A DNA stretch of 64,000 nucleotides, from assembly GCF_009914755.1 (NCBI RefSeq), contig NC_060931.1; one strand, written 5' to 3'. Below the pieces are notes generated by a model. That model was not told where the DNA came from, did no database searches, and saw nothing but the letters and a program-made list of their open reading frames with translations. Positions 51,430 to 64,000 of this stretch are shown piece after piece (position 1 is the stretch's first letter; every line of letters begins with the position of its first letter). The stretch comes from the human T2T-CHM13v2.0 reference genome, Homo sapiens. A program made the position numbers and the translations under genes.

Positions 51430-52476
51430 TTAGGTTTAATGTCTCATGATTTGATTCAGGTGATACATTTGTGGCAGAAATTTTTTTGTTTTAACTTGCT
51501 CTATTTTTTTGTTTTAAGTGGGAAAACACTTTATTCCATAAAACAGAGTAAATGTTCCTCTCTTCCTTTTAATTTCTCCTCATATGCTTTTAGCTTTGGG
51601 GGTTTGCGCTTTTTTTCTTTTCTTTTCTTTTTTTTGAGACTGAGTTGCGCTCTGTCGCCCAGGGTGGAGTGCGGTGGCGCAATCTCTGCTTACCACAAGC
51701 TCCACCTCCCAGGTTCACGCCATTGTCCTGCCTCAGCCTCCCGCGAAGCTGGGACTAGAGGCGCCCACCACCGCACCTGGCTGATTTTTTGTATTTTTAG
51801 TAGAGACGGGGTTTCATCGTGTTAGCCAGGATGGTCTCGATCTCCTGACCTCGTGATCCGCCCGCCTCGGCCTCCCAAAGTGCTGGGATTGCAGGCATGA
51901 GCCACCATGCCTGGCTTTTCTCTTTTTTAAATATCTTTTTCTGGGAGACACAGACTGGACAAATGGGAGTGGATGTGCCCTATTCCTTTTTATATGCTAA
52001 CCACCTGAGCTGAATGTCATTAAGTTTCATTCTTTTTATTTAATACATATATTAGGACTACAATAAGTTAAAAAGAAAAAACTTAAATCAATTCTTGGAA
52101 AGGTTTTATTAAAACTAATAAAATAATTGGTTTGTATTTAAGATTAATAAAATCGACCAGAATCCAGGCACAATTGAGCAAGAGAAGGCATGAAAAAGAC
52201 AATTTCAGATACGGTCGAGGTTTGATTTTTTTTTTTTTTTTTTTTTTTTTGAGATAGGGTGTCACTCTGTCGCCCAGACGAGAGTGAAGCAGCATGATCT
52301 TGGCTCACTGCAACCTCCGCCTCCCAGGCTCAAGCGATTCTCTTGCCTCAGCCTCTTGAGTAGCTGGGATTACAGGCGTGTGCCACTACTGCCCAGCTAA
52401 TTTTTTTGGGGGGGTATTTTTAGTAGACACGGGGTTTTACCACATTGGCCAGGCCGGTATCCAACTCCTGACCTCA

Positions 52477-52956
<480 letters not shown>

Positions 52957-53077
52957 TTAAAACCATAGTACCAGTTTCATTCTCTCCCCAAATCAAGTGA
53001 GTTTCATCTTAAAAAAAGCATCAGACAGACATCCTCCGCCAACTCCATCACATCACACCACCCCGAGTGTTGCTCAC

Positions 53078-53248
53078 CTTTCTTCACCAAGGGCTAGAAA
53101 AGAACAGTCTACACGGAACTGGCGCAGCCGCCTCCTTCTCCGCCAGTCTCCAACAGAGGTGCTGGCACTGTCCCGCCTTAGTCTGGCGTCTCCCGTCTCC
53201 CTACTCAATTTTCTCACACCCTCAGTCCAACCCTCATAACTCTACTTC
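53078..53248 (-). other. Candidate 5' UTR exon of the ZNF pseudogene
   Basis: Strong donor AAG|GTGAGC at 53078/77. Possible acceptors at 53249-50 (CCCTGCAG) or 53094-95 (TGTTCTTTTCTAG). Unique sequence. Confidence 0.35.
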
Positions 53249-54362
53249 CTGCAGGGGTACTTTGACCAACACCCAAATATGATCATGCCTCTGCCTTGAA
53301 GTACTGCATTTGCAGCTGGAGCGAGAGGGAGACCCCAGCCTCGGACCTTGCTGGTCAGCCCCCCACCCCGCCCCCAGCCTCACGGGGCGCCCCCCCTGTG
53401 CCGAGTCCTCAGTATCACCCATCATTACTCCTTAGGGATGCTCCTCCCTGGTCCTCAAAGACCCTATTGTCCTTTCATCTGCAACATCTTATTTTTCTTT
53501 AAGTCTGACCTGAAGTCAGTTGACCTTCCCCAGTTGAAACTGATCCTCCCTCCCCTGGGTGTCCATGCATCCTGACAGTTGAGGTAACTAACAGGGCGCC
53601 TACCCCTGGATCGCCCCCACATGTTAACGTGACCAACACCTCTGTAGGACTGCATCCAACGAGGGACCCCAGCTCCGTGCTCCCCCAGATCGGACCCAGG
53701 CACTCAGTAGATGTTTTGAATGAGCCCAGACGCCTGAAATAACCCCCCTCCACACCCTGCCTTCGTTTCCCTCCTAGCTCAGTGCCCACCACTGGCTGTG
53801 ATCAGGGTTCTGCATGAGCCAGGTTGGAGAGGAAGAAGGGGGTTACCCTCTGCAAGAGACGGGGACTTTCCCCAACAGCCCCACTCTTCCCCCTAGAGAC
53901 CCAGGCACCGCAGTGCAGTGGAGATCAGGGGCCTGGATGGGCAGAGAAGCTCCAGGGGAAGGGACGGCAACAAACCCACTCTTGGGGAAGAGCGGGGTCC
54001 CCTGTGCAGAGAACAAGCCCCCAGCTCACCCGCGTCCAAGTGGTCACAGTGGCAGGTGCCCTGCGCGAGCTTCCAGGGGACGGTGGGGTCCGAGGAGGCA
54101 GAGCTGCGGGGAGGGGCAGTGAGATAAGGGGCCAGCCGCTGCTCGGGACCCACCACTACCTGTGGCGTCCCCCAGCCCAACTTGGCAGCACCCGACAACC
54201 CGCGGAGACGTCTGGAGGAGCCGCCCCCAGGACCCCAGTACAGTGCCGGCTCTGCAGCAAGTGGGTGCCGGCCACGCTGGCGCTGCGCACAGCCCGGGAG
54301 CCAAGACGCCGTTCCTCCCACACGTGTCTGAGGTGTCAGTCGCCATGGGAACAGCCTGGGGT

Positions 54363-54377
54363 CCGGAAGTGCGCGCA
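54363..54377. promoter_or_regulatory. Overlapping ETS/GABPA (CCGGAAGTG) and NRF1-like (TGCGCGCA) sites
   Basis: CCGGAAGTG at 54363-71; TGCGCGCA at 54370-77. Confidence 0.75.
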
Positions 54378-54408
54378 TTGCAGTCCTGCACCTCAAAACA
54401 CTGCGTAA

Positions 54409-54996
<588 letters not shown>

Positions 54997-56032
54997 TGAT
55001 CCACCCACCTGGGCCTCCCAATTGCTGGGATTACAGGTGTGAGCCACCATGCCTGGCCAAGAATTTTTTAAGACTATGCTCTGGCTCTGTCACCCAGGCT
55101 GGAGTGCAGCTGCACGATCAGAGCTCACTGCAGGCTCCAACTCCTGGGCTCAAGTGATCCTCCCCCATCAGCTTCCCCAGTAGCTGAAACTGCAGGCCCG
55201 CACCACCATGCTGGCTAATTTTTTTATTTCTTATTTTGTAAAGATAGGGTCTCCCTATGTTGCCCAGGCTAGACTTTAACTCCTGGGCTCAATGAATCCT
55301 CCTGCTGGGATTACAGGCGTGAGCCACAGTGCCTGGCTAAAAACTTTATTTTTATATTAAGGCCTATCCTTCAGTCCTCATGATAGTCCCCAAAATAGAT
55401 GTCATTACTTTCATTTCATAGGCGAGGAATCAGAGGTAGCCCATCTCAATATTTACCTTGGAGGAACCCCTGCATAAAAATGATGTCTGGGACCCGGGCG
55501 TGGTGGCTTGCTCGTGTAATCCCAGCTACTTGGGAGGCTGAGGCGGGAGGCTCAGTTGAGGTCAGAAGTCAAGGCTGCAGTGAGCCAGGATTGCACTGCT
55601 GCACTCCAGCCTGGGAAACAGTGAGACCTCCATCTCTTTTTTTAAAAAAATTTTATCTGTAGGCCAGGCACAGTGGCTCACGCCTGTAATCCCAGCACTT
55701 TGGGAAGCCAAGGCAAGTGGATCACTTGAGGTCAGGAGTTTGAGGCCAACATGGCTAAGTCTCGTCTCTTCTAAAAATACAAAAATTAGCCGGGCGTGGT
55801 GGCACCTGTAATCCTATCTACTCAGGAGGCTGAGACAGGAGAATTGCTTGAACCCGGGAGTGGAGGTTGCAGTGAGTAGAGATCGTACTATTGCATTCCA
55901 GCCTGGGCGACAGAACACGAGTCCATCTCAAAAAAAAAAAAAGGCCGGGTGCGGTGGCTTACATCTGTAATCCCAGTACTTTGGGAGGCTGAGGCAGGCA
56001 GATCACGAGGTCTGGAGTTCGAGACCAGCCTA

Positions 56033-56218
<186 letters not shown>

Positions 56219-57690
56219 TCACCAAATAACTTAAAAAATAAATTTATCCAAAACTTACAAAGTGAGAGTAAAAGAAGTTTAATAAAGTTTAAAATGATGC
56301 TTTTTGTATGCTTGACCATTTCTACCTTTGAAGTTAGTAATGTTTAAAACTTTGAGATATCCTAGTTTATTTAACTTAGTAAATTAGAATTCCTGTTTTA
56401 CAATGTTAATGGAATTGTCTGTAGAGTTCAAACAAGCATAATATTTGTCTAAAATTGATATTCCTTATGGTTTCATATATCATGGAGGGGGACACTGAAT
56501 GTCTCCATGTGATTTTATTTGAAAATTATCCAATGATTTCAGTTTTTAATATGTTTAAACAGTAAGCTTCATATCAATCTATTTTGAATTACTGGACACA
56601 GCCACTGAGACTTTTTAAAATTTACTCTTAGATCCGGCCTATGGTTTGTTGTTTTGAGCCAGGGTTTCACTCTGTTGCCCGGGCTGGAGGGCAGTGGCAT
56701 GATCACGGCTCACTGCAGCCTCAACCTCCCCAGGCTCAGGTGATCCGCCCACCTCAGCCTCCTGAGTAGCTGGAACTACAGGCATATGCCACCATGCCCA
56801 GCTAATCATGCTCTTTTTGAGTGGGAGAAAAACAATCCTTTTATTTTATAACATGGGATCGCTTGTTGGTTTTTTTGTTTGTTTGTTTTTCTGAGACAGC
56901 TTGGAATGCAGTAGTGCGATCTGCAGCCTCGACCTCCAAGGCTCAAGAAATCCTCTCACCTCAGCCTCCTGAGGAGCTTGGGCCACAGGCACATGCTGCC
57001 ATGCCCAGCTAATTCTGTTAATTTTTGTAGAGATGTGGTCTATGTTGCCCAAGCTAGTCTTGAATTCCTGAGCTCAAGGGATCCTCCCATCTTAGCCTCC
57101 CCAAGTGCTGGGATTAAAGGCATAAGACGCCACACCCAGCCGCCCAGCTGGCTTTTCCTTTTGTTTCTACAAAAATATTTTGTCTCTTTGTAAAAGGTTT
57201 TGTATCTGGTTTCCTGGATCAAGTTTGGACATCAGTAATTGGAGTCCTTTGCACATTCAACTACATAGATTTCTAACTTGTGGTAGATTCTACCTGTGGT
57301 TTCTACCGTGTGGTTCTAGAGAGAATTATCAACACTAGGCCGGGCGCAGTGGCTCATGCCTGTAATCCCAGCACTTTAGGAGGCCGAGGCAGGCAGATCA
57401 CGAGGACAGGAGTTCGAGATCATCATGGCTAACATGGTGAAACCCTGGCTCTACTAAAAATACACAAAATTAGCCAGGTGTGATGGTGTAGGCCTGTAAT
57501 CCCAGCTGCTCAGGAGGCTGAGGCAGGAGAATTGCGTGAACCCAGCAGACAAAGGTTGCAGGGAGCCAAGATAGCACCATTGCACTCCAGCCCTGAGCGA
57601 CAGTGTGTGACTCCATCTCAAAAAAACAAAACAAAACAAAAAGAAAACAAATAAACAGTAGAAATCATCTCCATAAAAATGATTCATTTA

Positions 57691-58146
<456 letters not shown>

Positions 58147-58572
58147 TCAAAAATAAAAATAAAAAAATAAAAACATTAGCTGGGCGTGGTGGTGGGCCCT
58201 GTAATCCCAGCTACTCAGGAGGCTGAGTCAGGAGAATTGTTTGAAAGAGAATCACTTGAATCCAGGAGGCAGAGGTTGCAGTAAGCCGAGATTTCGCCAC
58301 AGCACTCCAGCCTGGGCGACAGAGCAAGACTCTGTCTCAAAAAAAAAAAAAAAAAAAAAAAAATTATATATATGCATATAAAAGAATAATCCTTTTGGGG
58401 TTTTACGTCATTTGTTCCTTTCTTCCTCTTCAGGTCATTTTGGTTATACATGTTTTCTTCCAGATTGTCCTTTAATCAGGACATGTTTTTAACTCAGATA
58501 TTTGTTATGCCTATTACTTTTTCAAGATTTCTCTACAAATTTGTATTTTAGATCAGTGGGGAAAAAATACAC

Positions 58573-59524
<952 letters not shown>

Positions 59525-59526
59525 TA

Positions 59527-59778
<252 letters not shown>

Positions 59779-59829
59779 TCAGGAGTTCAAGACCAGCCTG
59801 GCCAACATGGTGAAACCCTGTCTCTACTA

Positions 59830-60099
<270 letters not shown>

Positions 60100-60426
60100 C
60101 TATATCTATTTTTAGAGAGTTTTCCAATAATTTCTCTTTTATATTGATTAGTGTCACCAGAGATTTGTCTATCACTTGTTTATTTTTCCAAAGATAAAAT
60201 CTTTATTATTTTTCCTATCTTCCCTAGTAAGAGAGAAAATAAAACTCTTACAGCTATCATCTTCTAATATCAAGATAACATGAAAACTCCTGTAAAATGA
60301 ATGGGAAGGGGAATATTCCAACTCTAATTACAAAATGAGAGCTAAGAACGTATGCAACTATATTATTTAGGACATGGATAAAACTGCTGTAATAGAGCTC
60401 CCAAAATAAAAGTGCTCTAAAAATTA

Positions 60427-60585
<159 letters not shown>

Positions 60586-60647
60586 TCATGCCTGTAATCC
60601 AGCACTTTGGGAGGCCGAGGCAGGTGGATCCTGAGGTCAAGAGATCA

Positions 60648-61016
<369 letters not shown>

Positions 61017-61529
61017 TCAAAAAAAAAAAAAAATCACCAATGATTATTTCTCATTAAAAAAATCCATGTGACTCCGAAGGAGTCAGAAAACTAGACTCCT
61101 AAATGAGTGCTCTAGCTGGGCTTGGTGGTTCACACCTGTAATTCCAGCACTTTGGGAGCCTACGGTGGGAGGATCGATTGAGCCCAGTTCAAGACCAGCC
61201 TGGGCAACATGGCAAGACATCATCTCTAAAAAACTTTTTTTTTCTCACGCCTGTAATCCCAGCACTTTGGGAGGCCAAGACGGGTGGATCACGAGGTCAG
61301 GAGATCGAGACAATCCTGGCTAACACGGTGAAACCCCGTCTCTACTAAAAATACAAAAAATTAGCCGGGTGTGTTGGCAGGCGCCTGTAGTCCCAGCTAC
61401 TCGGGACAATGGCGTGAATCCAAGAGGCGGAGCTTGCAGTGAGCCGAGATCGCGCCCCTGCACTCCAGCCTGGGCGACAGAGCAAGACTCCATCTCAAAC
61501 ACAAACAAACAAACAAAAACACCCTTAGG

Positions 61530-61900
61530 TAATGATCACCAATGACTGCTGACATCTTTTTGAAAAAAAAAAAATAAGAAAACCAGACATCCTGTCCATC
61601 TATATGGCTGTACACGACATCACCTATGAGTAATCCTGGGGAAAAAAAAAAAAAAAAAAACTTGAGTCTAAGCCTCTTGATCTAATCAACAAATTACAGG
61701 ACATAAAAGGGCAGCAGAAAAATATGTCAAATGACACCACAATGAGACAATCTGCAAAATCCAGGCTGTAAGAAATTCTACACTTTTTTCTACAAATAAA
61801 ATGCCAACAGAGAGAGGGACGGAGGAAAGGAAGAGAGGGAGAAGGAATCTATGGATCACAAGAGAATCAAGGAACATATCACTAGTGATATATGGATCCT
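61530..61900 (+). mobile_element. L1MC-like 3' UTR fragment
   Basis: AACCAGACAT..CACCTATGA..AAGCCTCT.GATCTAA..AATGACACCAC..CAATCTGCAAAATCCAG..GAAATTCTAC. Confidence 0.55.
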
Positions 61901-62094
61901 ATTATCTAAACAAGAGCTCACTGAGCTTTCCAATTCATGTGCTTCCTCTTGTTAACCGCACTGGCTCATTCCGGGTCTTCTGTGCCATCCTGCTTCCAGG
62001 TCTCCACTGGGAAAAAATAGCAACAGGAAAAATGGCATTTTATCAGGGCCATGTACTGGGAAGATGCTTAACACTGTCTCCATGGTTTGATATT

Positions 62095-62977
<883 letters not shown>

Positions 62978-63084
62978 TGATCTCCTGACCTTGTGATCCA
63001 CCCACCTCGGCCTCCCAAAGTGCTGGGATTACAGGCATGAGCCACTGCACCCGGTGACTTTTTTTTTTTTTTTTTTTTTTTTGA

Positions 63085-63465
<381 letters not shown>

Positions 63466-63692
63466 TGATCTGCCCACCTCGACCTCCCAAGGTACTGGGA
63501 TTACAGGTGTGAGCCACCGTGCCTGGCCCTTTTTTAATATTTTTAATAGAGAAGGGGTTTCACCATGTTGGCCAGGCTGGTCTTGAACTTCTAACCTCGA
63601 GTGATCTGTGTCCTTCAGCCTCCCAAAGTGCTGGGATTATAGGCATGAGCCGTCACACTGGGCCTATAATACATATTATATATTATATATAA

Positions 63693-63977
<285 letters not shown>

Positions 63978-64000
63978 TAGGACTGCGGGTGTGAGCCACC

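Overview
Primate (human or great-ape type) genomic DNA, extremely Alu-dense, with older L1, MIR, LTR and DNA-transposon fragments between the Alus. Nearly all ORFs in the supplied track are Alu or L1 translations, not genes. Two gene relics face each other. (1) On + is a GC/CpG-rich olfactory receptor pseudogene (26896-27981) with one premature TGA and one 1-nt frameshift. (2) On - is a multi-exon KRAB zinc-finger pseudogene (~31.0-54.4 kb) with a CpG-island promoter, intact start, KRAB-A and KRAB-B exons, and a decayed C2H2 array. From memory this matches OR10AH1P / ZNF890P on 7p22; not verified by search. Best leads: the OR has no ATG in its main exon, but a 29-nt upstream micro-exon splices in frame (MPAFL|DPNASCW...), i.e. 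a split-coding OR; the ZNF pseudogene still encodes an uninterrupted spliced 194-aa KRAB-only protein; the block holding both relics shows signs of AT->GC drift; there is a 40-nt 5S rRNA retro-fragment with target-site duplications; and there is an Alu-associated ~150-200 bp duplication. Repeat boundaries and subfamilies were read by eye and are approximate.
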